DNA of 63,748 nucleotides, filler included, from Octopus bimaculoides (GCF_001194135.2; 9 parts of 9 records of this genome joined end to end with filler, not necessarily neighbours in it); one strand, 5' to 3'. Shown: positions 1 through 11,855, counted from the whole stretch's first letter. Notes: generated by a model from the sequence alone, not told the origin. Made by a program: numbers and translations.

Positions 1-438
1 AAATTATTAAGAATAAAAGGTTAAACTTTATATATATATACAAAGTTTTGATTTAAAAAAAACTTTAACGATATTATAAACTATAAAGATTAGTAATTAA
101 TCAAATAATATTAATCAAAAATAATCGAAAATATATCAACACTATTCCAATCGAAGTTCTAATATTATGTTGAAATGAAACTATAACTTCTAAATAATAT
201 AGTGTTAAATAAGTTATCTATTAAAATAATCTATAAAGAATCAAATGAATAGTATAAAAACAAGAATACATATTATTTTCAAATAGTAGAAAATCTTTAG
301 CAAAGTGAAAACAGTACTTATCCAAATTTTTCCGTAATTCAAACTGAAAAACTATATATATATGCAGATTTATATATATATATATATATAAACACACACA
401 TACATACACATATATATGTATGTATGTGTATATATATA

Positions 439-579
439 CGACGGGCTTCTTTCAGTTCCGTCTATCAAATTGACTCACAAGTATTTGCTGGGCTCGTTCC
501 TATAGTAGAAAACATTTGCCCAAGGTGCCATACAACGGAACAGAACCCGGTACCTTGTGGTTAAGATGCAAACTTCTTA
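439..579 (-). mobile_element. tRNA-derived SINE family A (CORE-type, octopus OR1/OR2-like head module)
   Basis: Reverse complement reads ...ggttctgttccgttgtatggcaccttgggcaaatgttttctactataggaacgagcccagc...gtgagtcaatttgatagacggaactgaaagaagcccgtcg; matches copies at 2820, 11468, 55255, 58985 and 62682. Confidence 0.8.
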
Positions 580-584
580 TATAT

Positions 585-686
585 TCTTTTCTGCTCTAGG
601 CACACGGCCTGATATTTTTGGGGGACGGGGCCAGTCGATTACATCGACCCCATCATGCAACTGTACTTAATTTATCGACCCCGAAA
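585..686 (-). mobile_element. 5'-truncated Nin/Deu-domain SINE (family C) with 17-bp target-site duplication
   Basis: ctttcggggtcgataaattaagtacag core; flanked by direct repeat gcaaacttcttatatat at 568-584 and 687-703. Confidence 0.8.
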
Positions 687-904
687 GCAAACTTCTTATA
701 TATGTTTACATATAAGCACAGGTCTTACTCTATCGTAAGAAGCTTGCTTCCGCGCATGCGTTGTTGTCAGTGTTTTCTTTGCACTGACAGAAGTGGCGAC
801 GCTGGTTCACAGCGTGGCGAACTAAGTGAAGCTCAACTGCAAGGTAGGACTTTTGTTTGGATTCAGTGGGATTTTGTTGTTTGATGATTATTTTTTCTTT
901 TCAA

Positions 905-2670
905 GCAAGAAATCCTCACTGGATTCGAGGCATTTGTCTGCCTGCAGTTGTGGGCATAAGTATCTCACTTAGCGGTGAGAAGTAAGTTGGATTTTTTTCG
1001 TGTGCGGGCGGGTATCTTGCTTCCAAAAATTGTGAACGTTGTTTTTGTGTTCCTGCAACTATTTGGTCGGCCTGGAGTACCGGTAGCCGGAAGATTGTGT
1101 GCAGTATTTTGGGGGCGTATTCCACCTCCAAATATTGTGAAATTTTTTTTACCAATTTTTATATAAATTTTTTGGTGAAATTTGTGAAGCTTTGTTCCGG
1201 TTTTGTTCCTGTTGCTATACCAGTTGGCCGGGAGTACCAGTTGGCCGGGAGTACCAGTTGGCCGGAAGATTGAAGTCGCTGTGATTTAGACTGTTTTCTT
1301 TCATTTTTTTGTTTTAATTTTTGGACTTTTTTGTGTGAACTTTCTTCTNNNNNNNNNNNNNNNNNNNNNNNNNNNNNNNNNNNNNNNNNNNNNNNNNNNN
1401 NNNNNNNNNNNNNNNNNNNNNNNNNNNNNNNNNNNNNNNNNNNNNNNNNNNNNNNNNNNNNNNNNNNNNNNNNNNNNNNNNNNNNNNNNNNNNNNNNNNN
1501 NNNNNNNNNNNNNNNNNNNNNNNNNNNNNNNNNNNNNNNNNNNNNNNNNNNNNNNNNNNNNNNNNNNNNNNNNNNNNNNNNNNNNNNNNNNNNNNNNNNN
1601 NNNNNNNNNNNNNNNNNNNNNNNNNNNNNNNNNNNNNNNNNNNNNNNNNNNNNNNNNNNNNNNNNNNNNNNNNNNNNAAAAATGTTGTCGGCGGCTGATT
1701 GGGTCGGGTCAAAAGCTGTTATGGCCCTGTGAACCCAATCAGCTAAGAATCTGGTCTTCCCAGATTTTCTGACTATAGCTGGTAACAGGTATCCAGTGAT
1801 ACTTTAGGGACGCCCCCCCCATGTGTCACCTGCGCCTGGAACCAGGCCATATAAAAAAGAACTGTCCCCAGGATCAGAGTAGGGTCCTGGAGCAGTTAGT
1901 TCAGGAAGATCCCCCTACTCCTCATTCGGAGGGAGATGGTCGAGGAGGTGAGGCCTCCTCGACGAAAAAGGGCCGAAAGAGGAAGAAGGTGGGTGGCAAT
2001 GGTTGCCCACCGAGGGATCCTAAGGCTGCGAGAGGGAAGAAAAATCTTCCGGGAAAAACAGAAGAACTCCACCCTCCCGTGGCAAAAGAAAAGAAAAGAA
2101 GAAAAACGGGCCATTGCCTGCGGTTACTAACACACTGCCGGCATGTCCCGAAACCCCGTCGGTGGGAATTTTTGTCACCGACGGAAGAAACTGTGACCCC
2201 TTCCTATGTAATAGACGAGGAATTTATAATCCTCTTTCACAAGGGAGAGGCTTTAGAAAATTTTGTAAAGAAGGTGAAAAAAAGGCCGGTGGGAAGGCGC
2301 TTTGTCCTGCAATGAGGTCCCTGATTGGCCTCCGCAGGTGGCTGCGGAGGTCATAGGGGAAACCGACTTGTACAGGATAATGAACTCCTTCCCCGAGGAT
2401 ATATTTAAATTTATGCTAAAGTGACCCGACTTGGCACCGTCCAGGTGCTTGAATGAGGTAGTGTGCCTGGTCGGGCATGGAAGTAAGAGGTTTTAATGCC
2501 TCGAGTTGTGAAAAAGGTAAGAGGCTTAGTGCCTCATTTTGTAAGGACGTGGAGTCCATTTGTGAAAAATGTAAGAGGCTTAGTACCTCATTTGAAAGGA
2601 CCTTGTGTCCCAGTGAACTATAGTAAGAGGTTTATAACCTTAATTGGTTTTATAAAAGAGAAAAAAGAAC
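905..2670 (+). mobile_element. Degraded retroelement with gag/ORF1-like CCHC zinc knuckle (possibly L1/Tx1-like non-LTR or a deletion derivative), interrupted by a gap
   Basis: Frame reads FPDFLTIAGNRYPVIL*GRPPMCHLRLEPGHIKKNCP (CX2CX4HX4C with second C mutated to R), then a basic low-complexity tail (KKGRKRKK, KEKKRRK); GC-richer than flanks; 17-bp tandem repeat at 1220-1270; ends in an A-rich tract; no RT seen. Confidence 0.6.
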
Positions 2671-2819
2671 AATGTTTTCGGAAAGCATCGATCGGTGGGC
2701 GTCGTCTGCTTCTCTCATTAATACCATTATTTTGCTCATTATCCATTTCATTTGTGTTGTTGTCCAGCCCGCATTTGCTTCTATCTATGTAATGCCTTTA
2801 TGGCAAATTTGATGAAATA

Positions 2820-3195
2820 AAGAGGCTTGCTTCCCAACCACATGGTTCTCGGTTCAGTCCCGTTGCATGGCACGTTGAGCAAGTGTCTTCTACTACAGCC
2901 TCAGGTCACCTAAAGCCTTGTTAGTGGATTTGGTTGACGGAAACTGAAAGAAGCCTGTCATATATACATATATGTATATATGTTTTTGTGTCTGTTTGTC
3001 GGCCCACCCCACAATCGCTTGACAACCGATTTTGGTGTGTTTACGTCCCCGTAATATAGCGGTTCGGCAAAAGATACCGATAGAGTACTAGGCTTACAAA
3101 GAATAAGTCCTGGGGTCGATTCGTTCGACTAAAGGCTGTGCTCCAGCACGGCCGCAGTCAAATGACTGAAGCAAGTAGAAGAGTAAAAGAGTACC
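2820..3195 (+). mobile_element. Composite SINE: family A head + internal (TA)n + family B tail
   Basis: gaggcttgcttcccaaccacatggttctcggttcagtccc...aagaagcctgtc, AT-rich spacer, then cgcttgacaaccgattttggtgtgtttacgtccccg...gtcctggggtcgattcgttcgactaaaggctgtgctccagcacggccgcagtcaaatgactgaa. Confidence 0.85.
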
Positions 3196-3952
3196 TGTGT
3201 GTGCATGGGAGGGGTGGGGGCTCGATTAGAGGAGAAAAAATTTTAAAAGATTAATGAAACGTTTTAATGTTAATTTCCGAATCAGTTTTGCAATATTTTT
3301 TTTTATTCAATTATCGATTAATCAATCGTTATATATTGTCTTTTTTATTTAACAAATTACTCGATAATAATTTTAAAAATAATCAGTATGGGAAAACTAA
3401 TTAAAATGTAAAACCTATCAAATNNNNNNNNNNNNNNNNNNNNNNNNNNNNNNNNNNNNNNNNNNNNNNNNNNNNNNNNNNNNNNNNNNNNNNNNNNNNN
3501 NNNNNNNNNNNNNNNNNNNNNNNNNNNNNNNNNNNNNNNNNNNNNNNNNNNNNNNNNNNNNNNNNNNNNNNNNNNNNNNNNNNNNNNNNNNNNNNNNNNN
3601 NNNNNNNNNNNNNNNNNNNNNNNNNNNNNNNNNNNNNNNNNNNNNNNNNNNNNNNNNNNNNNNNNNNNGCTGGCAGTGCTGGTGGCGCTGACGGTAGCGC
3701 AGACGGCGGGGCAAGCGGTGGAAGCGGAAGTGGTAGTGTCAGTGGTGGTGGTCGGCGTGGTCGATGTGATCGAGAATTTTGGTCGCGGTTGTGGTCGTAG
3801 TAACGGTGGTGATTGTATGACCATCAGAATGATGATGATGTCGGTGGTAGTGCTGCTGTTGATCATGATGTTCTGGTCAAGGTGCACTGTTAGCTATCAT
3901 TCGTAGTTGTTATTTCAAATTGATATTTTCTTTGTATCTATCGTTTCACTCC

Positions 3953-3957
<5 letters not shown>

Positions 3958-4018
<61 letters not shown>
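3958..4018. repeat. (GT)n microsatellite running into a gap
   Basis: Direct reading; representative of many (GT)n tracts, e.g. 22899-22972, 23441-23500, 28195-28282, 35096-35217, 43653-43718. Confidence 0.95.
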
Positions 4019-6164
4019 NNNNNNNNNNNNNNNNNNNNNNNNNNNNNNNNNNNNNNNNNNNNNNNNNNNNNNNNNNNNNNNNNNNNNNNNNNNNNNNNNN
4101 NNNNNNNNNNNNNNNNNNNNNNNNNNNNNNNNNNNNNNNNNNNNNNNNNNNNNNNNNNNNNNNNNNNNNNNNNNNNNNNNNNNNNNNNNNNNNNNNNNNN
4201 NNNNNNNNNNNNNNNNNNNNNNNNNNNNNNNNNNNNNNNNNNNNNNNNNNNNNNNNNNNNNNNNNNNNNNNNNNNNNNNNNNNNNNNNNNNNNNNNNNNN
4301 NNNNNNNNNNNNNNNNNNNNNNNNNNNNNNNNNNNNNNNNNNNNNNNNNNNNNNNNNNNNNNNNNNNNNNNNNNNNNNNNNNNNNNNNNNNNNNNNNNNN
4401 NNNNNNNNNNNNNNNNNNNNNNNNNNNNNNNNNNNNNNNNNNNNNNNNNNNNNNNNNNNNNNNNNNNNNNNNNNNNNNNNNNNNNNNNNNNNNNNNNNNN
4501 NNNNNNNNNNNNNNNNNNNNNNNNNNNNNNNNNNNNNNNNNNNNNNNNNNNNNNNNNNNNNNNNNNNNNNNNNNNNNNNNNNNNNNNNNNNNNNNNNNNN
4601 NNNNNNNNNNNNNNNNNNNNNNNNNNNNNNNNNNNNNNNNNNNNNNNNNNNNNNNNNNNNNNNNNNNNNNNNNNNNNNNNNNNNNNNNNNNNNNNNNNNN
4701 NNNNNNNNNNNNNNNNNNNNNNNNNNNNNNNNNNNNNNNNNNNNNNNNNNNNNNNNNNNNNNNNNNNNNNNNNNNNNNNNNNNNNNNNNNNNNNNNNNNN
4801 NNNNNNNNNNNNNNNNNNNNNNNNNNNNNNNNNNNNNNNNNNNNNNNNNNNNNNNNNNNNNNNNNNNNNNNNNNNNNNNNNNTGTGTGTGTGTGTGTGTG
4901 TGTGTGTGTTGTGTGTGTTGTGTGTGTGCGCGTGCGAGAGAGAGTGTGTGTGTGCGAGAGAGAGAGTGTGTGTGTGTGCACGTGTATTGCGCATGTATAT
5001 ATGTATGTATGTATGTATGTATGTGTATGATAAATGTTCAAGAACAAGGAAAGCACAAGAAGAGGGACAAGTTTTCACAAGGATGTTATTAGTTTCGCGT
5101 TTGAAAACAGAAAGAAAAAAGTAAAAGAGGATTTGTTACTTCGGATATAGAAGTAAAAAATATAAAATTAGGAAAGAAAAAAAGTAGGGTGGTGGAAAGG
5201 TGAGAAGAGAAGAAAAAAAGTTTCTTAAGGGCCGGGTGGGAATACAATTCCATGGTGAAAATTTGAGAAGGGAGGAAGAGGTGGCGAATTGTGTGCGTAT
5301 AAAGGAAGATATAATTGTTTGGAGATGAATATAGATGGAAGGATGTGAGCGGTGTGGGATGCAAGTGGTTGCCTGCGTATGTAGTAGGGATAAGAGTCTG
5401 AATGTGCTAAAGGTAAGAGAGAGAGGCGAGGATGCAGAAAAAGTAAGACTCTAGAGGAATCGGTGTGGTAGGAGAGACAAAAATTAAAGGAAGTACATGT
5501 GCGGAGAAAAAGTTACAAAGGAGGTAAAGTTGGGAAAAAATAAAAGGAGAAATCCATGAAAAGTTAGACGAACATCAGCACAAAAAAAGCTGAGCGTGAA
5601 AGATTATGTAAAAAGGCAGAGAGGAAAGGAACAAAAATATTAAGATATACGTATAGACATATTTCTTTATTAGCCACGCGAAGTTGAACACAGAAGGGAC
5701 AACACAATGTAGGATTTTTCTTTTCGAAAACAATGAAAAGGGATCGAAAACGTTTTGGGATGTGTACACAAGTGTCGTTTTTAACAATTAGAGTTCCCAA
5801 AATTGGGAGTAAATATAACATTGACTAGGTTTATCTGTGGAAAGAAAACCCTACGAAAAAGAACCACGGTAACCTCGGAAACGAAAAAAAAAACAAATAA
5901 CATGAGAGCAAAGTGCTCTTTCTCTCTTTGTTTTATAAGATCATGCTCAAGTATTATTTTGCCTCACCACGCACCGTAAGAAATAGATGCTGAAGTCCTT
6001 TTTACTACCTTCAAATCTCCGAGAATAACACACTTTATTGTAAGCAAAAGAAAAATAATGAATTAATAAGGCTGGTTAATTATGTACGCGTTTCGAACTT
6101 AAAGTATTTCCGCATTGGTTACCTGGTAAAATTATTATTGATTTTACCTTTTATAATTAATATG

Positions 6165-6222
<58 letters not shown>

Positions 6223-6489
6223 ATAAAAAGCGATGAGATATAACAGATGAATATATGGTTTCAACCATTTGCCATCCTTAAGATTACTTCCGTTTGAAAA
6301 TCTTCTTCGTGTAATAATAATTTCCAGTGGAACACAAATCATATTTACATATTTGCATTAATATCCATGCTACACGTTATACAATACAGTTGTATATTCA
6401 CTAATCAATGCAAATAAAGAAAGCCATTATGGTTACACCAACGATTCAACTCCAAGTAAACACACGAAGCTTTTTTTTGTTTTTGAGGG

Positions 6490-6660
6490 TCAATTCGATT
6501 ACCTTGAACCTAGTACCTGATTGATCATTATTTTATCGAGCCCGAAGAGCTGAAAACCATAGTTGACCTCTCTTGGATTCGATCTCAGAACGAAAAGAAA
6601 GGGAAGAAATACCGCTAAACATTCTCTCCGACGAGCCAACGAACGACTCTATCACCTCGA
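6490..6660 (-). mobile_element. Degraded family C SINE
   Basis: ctagtacctgattgatc...ttatcgagcccgaagagctgaaaaccatagttgacctc...gatctcagaacg...gaaataccgctaaacatt. Confidence 0.65.
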
Positions 6661-6744
6661 CATATGCATGCATATGTGTATATGAATGTATGTGAATGTA
6701 TATTCTTGCATATATGTATATATATGTATATATATATATGTATA

Positions 6745-6776
<32 letters not shown>

Positions 6777-6786
6777 NNNNNNNNNN

Positions 6787-6839
<53 letters not shown>

Positions 6840-7544
6840 ATTAATATGTTTGAGATGACCTTTATCTGTCCATGCATACGTAATACATAATTATTACATC
6901 AGATAAATCTTTTCTAATCAATGGACATGAGAATTTAATCAGTCTTTCGTGACCCGGATCAACTTCAAATGTTGACCTCTTTGATAAATTAGCTGTACTG
7001 ATGACACTGCAACAGTTTTCTTCTGAGCTAACTTACAGTCATTTGTTTCCGATTGCATCTCTTCGATGGCCAAGTAATTTCACTCTTAATTGAATCAACT
7101 TCACGCGGTCACAGATTTCCTGCAAACTAGACATCTAATTAGTACCATAAGAAAGGTGTCTACTGATGCTGTCGTAATTAACTCTCTTGTAGAAAATATA
7201 TGCAGACATTAGGTTTTTGTGGCACTTCGCATAATTTTAGATGATTCTAGCAATCGGCTGTTGGTAGTAAATTTCATACAACACACAAATATTCTTTCCA
7301 GTCAAGCTTTTGTATCTCATATTGGTCAAAGTTTCGAAAAAGGAAGTCAGCATATTCCTTCGGGATTTATGTGGCTCATTAAGAGATTCTTGAATTTGAA
7401 TCCCCTGATGCTAACTTAGGCATTTTTTTTTTCGTTTCTTTTCTTTATTCTGTTGAGTTTTAGGACTCTTACGGTCGTTGTCACGATTTCCATTGCATAT
7501 GAATGACAGCGATGACAAGACTAGCTCTTAATGGGTCGCAGACA

Positions 7545-7742
7545 TGTTGCAGGGTTCAAAGCCAGTATTTTTTTATGGAAGGGGACAAATTCATGACATC
7601 GACCCTATTTCATGACTGGTACTTTATTACATCGAAAGGAGGGAAGGCAACGTTGACTTCGACGGAATTCTAACTCAGGATGTAAAGCTGTGCCGCAGAG
7701 CATTTTATCTGATTTCAACGATTCTGCCGGTTCGTCGCCTTA
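7545..7742 (-). mobile_element. Degraded family C SINE
   Basis: catcgaccct...gactggtactttatt...gaaaggagggaaggcaacgttgacttcgacggaattctaactcagg...gattctgccggttcgtcgcctta. Confidence 0.7.
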
Positions 7743-7879
7743 TGATGTCTGCGTTCATTTATTCATTTATTTAATTCCTAGCATCGAAGCTTATAGAATA
7801 TCTCCTATGGAACAATTAAATCCGTTAACCTCACTATGCTGCAGTTTGGCTTAATGAGCTGTGTTTTGTAAATAATAAC

Positions 7880-8240
7880 TCAAAACACTATCTGTCGGGC
7901 ACCGCCTAATAAAAGTCGAAGTGGAGATACAATAGCGAAAGTGTCTCGTTAGAAGAATGGACTATTAGTTGATGGTTCTTCACCTGCTTTATCTTCATGA
8001 CAAAACCAACTCCTCCAATGCAAACTTCTGTTTTGTTCTTCTAAAAAGTGGTGTAACATAAAGCGGATCATTGGATGTTTCCTTCTCTTGATCATTTGGT
8101 TTCACATAAAGCAGCAACAATATAAATCTTCCGCTTTGTTTGTTCGGGAATCACAAAGGAAGTTCTCTTACCAGGTCTGTTGTCAGTTAACTTATTATTC
8201 AGCAGACGTCTTACTTTTTGAGAATGCAACAATAGCTTCC
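7880..8240 (-). mobile_element. RTE-clade non-LTR retrotransposon, APE endonuclease N-terminal remnant
   Basis: Minus frame reads VRRLLNNKLTDNRPGKRTSFVIPEQTKRKIYIVAALCETK*SREGNIQ*SALCYTTF*KNKTEVCIGGVGFVMK, matching the RTE/BovB EN pattern (NVRTL..D.RP.RRTALV..EL.RYNIDIAALSETR...GVGF); in-frame stops. Confidence 0.75.
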
Positions 8241-8974
8241 GACTTCAGACCACATTTTCTATGACCTTCTCCAAACGGGTGGGCAATGGTGATCCCAAGT
8301 AGATTTGCCTAGATAAAAACACAAACCTGAAATTCCAAGTAATCACNNNNNNNNNNNNNNNNNNNNNNNNNNNNNNNNNNNNNNNNNNNNTTAATTAATT
8401 AANNNNNNNNNNNNNNNNNNNNNNNNNNNNNNNNNNNNNNNNNNNNTATATATACGCGTATATATAAATAAAGGGAGGAAGATTGTTTTTCGTAAATTAG
8501 AATTCATTTACAGAGAGGATGTTTACTTCTTGGGTTGACTCCCGCACCCCACACCTCCATTTATCATGTCCACTTTTCACTTGCATTTATTTAGTGGAAT
8601 TTGATTTCTCGCAAACTGGCACCAGACATATCGATATGCATGACCTAACCACGCACCGTCCCTGTCTAAAATTCCTCCTCAAAAATTAGATTTAAATCCC
8701 TCTGTCGCTTCTTTCACCTTTTCGCAATCATCTGATGTTTCCTCTCTAATCCTTTGCCGCTAAATTATTTCCTGTTCGTTTTCAAACCACATATCCTATT
8801 CCCATCCAGGCACAAATCTCACAATCATAAACAACAGCTTATCTCTTCTAGGCAGTACATATTGTATTTTCTCAAATCTGACTCAGAAAGTTGATGTCTG
8901 CTCACTTCAAGTTTCTTAAATCACTGTTGAGAAGGATTTCACTAATAACCAATTCTAGATATACTTGCATTGCG

Positions 8975-9272
8975 AAGGCTCGTAGCTTAGTGCTTGGGAT
9001 ATTCTCACGACCTTTAGATTACTCACTATCGAAAGGCCGTGTGTTCGATACACGGTGTCGCGCTTTGTCCTTGAGCAAGACACTTTATTTCACGTTGCTC
9101 CAGTCCATTCAACTAGCAGAAAATGAGTTGTACCTGTAATTCAAAGGGCCAAACTTGCACACTGTGTGCCACGCTGAATCTCTAAGAAATATGTAAAGCA
9201 TATGCGTGTCTGTGGAGTTCTCAGCTGGTTCATTTCATGAGCAAGCTGTTCTGCTGATCGGATCAACTGGAA
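8975..9272 (+). mobile_element. tRNA-derived SINE with CORE-like body and family-D 3' half
   Basis: B-box-like gtgttcgatac; ttgtccttgagcaagacactttatttcacgttgctccag (CORE-like); then gtacctgtaattcaaagggcc...cacgctgaatc...gatcggatcaactggaa shared with family D. Confidence 0.75.
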
Positions 9273-10603
9273 TACATGTTATATAACCAACGGAATGTCA
9301 GGCGTCAGATATATTCGCATCTCACTTTTTCCGTCTTTGATGTCCTCGTCGTCGCTGACAAAGCTCTCGGAGTTTTCTCATGTCGACGATACCGATGCAG
9401 AAGCCGAATATTTTCATTCCCAGACCTTTACCCGAATTTGTGCCATTTTCTACATATATTCCAGACCATTACACAGGCACATTTCATTTTCTTCTTCACA
9501 AGTCCTAATATGGACCAGTCCGTGATCACCTCTGCACCTGTTATCTCATTTTCCACAACGCCATATAATTGCGCAGCACACAATCATGCATTAGAGAGCA
9601 TGTATGAGTTGTTATGTGTATATGTATATATACATATGTATGTCTGTTTGTATGCATGTATAATATGGCTGTGACTAAATCTACATGAGTCTACATGTAA
9701 TGCCAATACCACAACCGAACAAAATTACCTACTAACATTATCGCTGTTCAAACTTATTTGATGTGATATAAAACATTACGGTTCTAAATTCTCAAGATAA
9801 CTTGCGAATAAATTTGCGCTCCTAACTAAATTACTCCACGAGGAACAAATACAGGAACACATAGCAGGAATTACAAGAAACTTCAATACAAATAAACACT
9901 ACTATAGATTGTGCTTGCTTTGGAATTTTATGGCAATATTTTAAAAGTTGTAGCATATTGTATGGACAGGTTATACTAGCCTTAAATAAATACTTACTTC
10001 GAGTTCAGGTACAGTTTTCAAATAGGTAATTTATTTACAATAAATAAATAATATCTACTTACCAATAATAAATAGTTATGTATTTATGAAAACCATATTT
10101 AAAGATATGTGTAAGCTCGCTTAAAATCTCTTCGTATAGCTTGAATATAATAAATACACTGAATTCGAGGCTTCTCCAGATGTGAAAAATGTACGTAAAA
10201 TTTATCATAAAATGAATACTAACTTTCGACTATATGTTAAGGCAGCTGCTTCATTATGATATATTTAGGGGCAGAGTGAGCAGGTTACCACATAATAAAT
10301 AGTTTATGTCTAAAACGTGATTTTGCTATTGGCATGAAGGTAATTGAATTTCGTAGCCGGGTTAACTGCAAACTTTGCTAAAGCATTGCTCGTTCTCGGG
10401 CTGCATATTAATGCCAAGAATATGCAGCTGTTTCTCACTTGGCAATGACGGCAGGAATAGTGGAGGAAGTGAAATATTGTGAAAGATAACGAGAAATAGG
10501 GAGTAAGAACAAGACAGAAAGAAACAGGTGATACAACGCATACACATATATGTACACACAGTCTAACACATAAATACATACACACACATATACATATACA
10601 TAC

Positions 10604-10619
<16 letters not shown>

Positions 10620-10672
<53 letters not shown>

Positions 10673-10919
10673 CAAGCCTCCGTTTGCCAGTTTAAGCTGT
10701 GTTTGTTACCGTTCACGTTCCTGTTATTCTTATAACTGTTGTTATTTTCATAAATAATATTTATGCAACTTTGCTAATGCGCATGATTCATGCACATATA
10801 CACTTGGAATTAGCTTGTAAGAGAAATGTATGCACTTATAGGAGAAATTTCGTTATGTAAATGCTTTCCCCTATATACATACACATATATATATATATAT
10901 ACATATATATAGTTTCATA

Positions 10920-10998
<79 letters not shown>

Positions 10999-11269
10999 GT
11001 ATGTATATATAGATATGTATGTAAGTGTGTATGTATTTATGGATGCATGCATGAATATATATATGTATATATGTGTGGGTATATATATCATCGGAATATG
11101 CAATTTTTATCACACATACAAACCCATGCATACAGACATATGTAGATGATTGCGTGAATGCGTGCACATATGAATCTGCATCTGTATATAATCCATGCAT
11201 AACTCATATAAGTGTGTCCATACGTGCGCTTGTACGACCATGTACACATATTCTTACATGCATATATAC

Positions 11270-11359
<90 letters not shown>

Positions 11360-11430
11360 GTGTGTGTGTCTGTATGTGAGTGTTTGTGTGTGTCTATATA
11401 TATATATTTATATATATATATATATATATA
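10620..11430. repeat. Cluster of long (TA)n / (TACA)n microsatellites
   Basis: (TA)n at about 10620-10668, 10920-10995, 11283-11358 and 11395-11430. Confidence 0.95.
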
Positions 11431-11467
11431 CATACATGGATGGTTGTTTAATACATATGTGTGTATG

Positions 11468-11855
11468 TGGAGTGGTTGCTTCCAAGCAAATGGTTCTAGG
11501 TTCAGCCCCACTGCACGACACCTTGAGCAAATGTTTTCTACTATATCCTCCACCCGACTAAAAGCTATTGTGAGAATTTTAGAGATGAAAGCGGAAAGAA
11601 ACCTGTCATATGTATGTGTGCGCTTGTATATGTTTGCGTGTATGTGTGTGTGCATGTGTATATATTTGTTTGTGCGTGTATGTGTGCGTTTGTGTGTGAT
11701 CTTTGTGTCGCTGTCTGTCCCATATCATAGTGGTATTGACCTAAGTACAAGGTTTAAAAACCAAAAATACGTACTGGGGTCGATTCATTTGAATAACAGT
11801 TCTTTAAACTGGTGCCCCAGCTTGACCGAAATTTTATGACTGAACAAGTAAAAGA
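11468..11855 (+). mobile_element. Composite SINE A + internal (TG/TGTA)n + partial B tail
   Basis: tggttctaggttcagccccactgcacgacaccttgagcaaatgttttctactata...gaaagaaacctgtc, microsatellite, then aagtacaagg...gtactggggtcgattcatttg...ggtgccccagcttgacc...atgactgaacaagtaaaaga. Confidence 0.75.

Noticed and set aside
3669-3906. Gly/Ser-rich or Thr-rich ORF as a structural protein exon
   Set aside because: Decayed GGT/GAT trinucleotide low complexity with stops; flanked by a gap, so it cannot be evaluated.
3907-5124. Long ORFs in the track (also 42109-43114, 44508-45340, 51906-53219, 60804-61820)
   Set aside because: They consist of X from N-gaps plus CV/HT/YI/LS dipeptide runs from microsatellites.
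8215-8308. Apparent minus-strand exon ANLLGITIAHPFGEGHRKCGLKSEAIVAFSK with good splice sites
   Set aside because: It overlaps and directly precedes the RTE endonuclease remnant, so it is more simply explained as TE sequence.
8391-8402. Recurrent TTAATTAATTAA motif (8 copies) as a biological repeat or homeodomain site
   Set aside because: Always embedded in N-runs as a 44+12+44 = 100-bp block; it is an assembly linker.
9276-9674. ORFs 9276-9674 and 9295-9525 as a host exon
   Set aside because: No recognisable domain in any frame, the start lies in a SINE tail, and splice signals are unconvincing.
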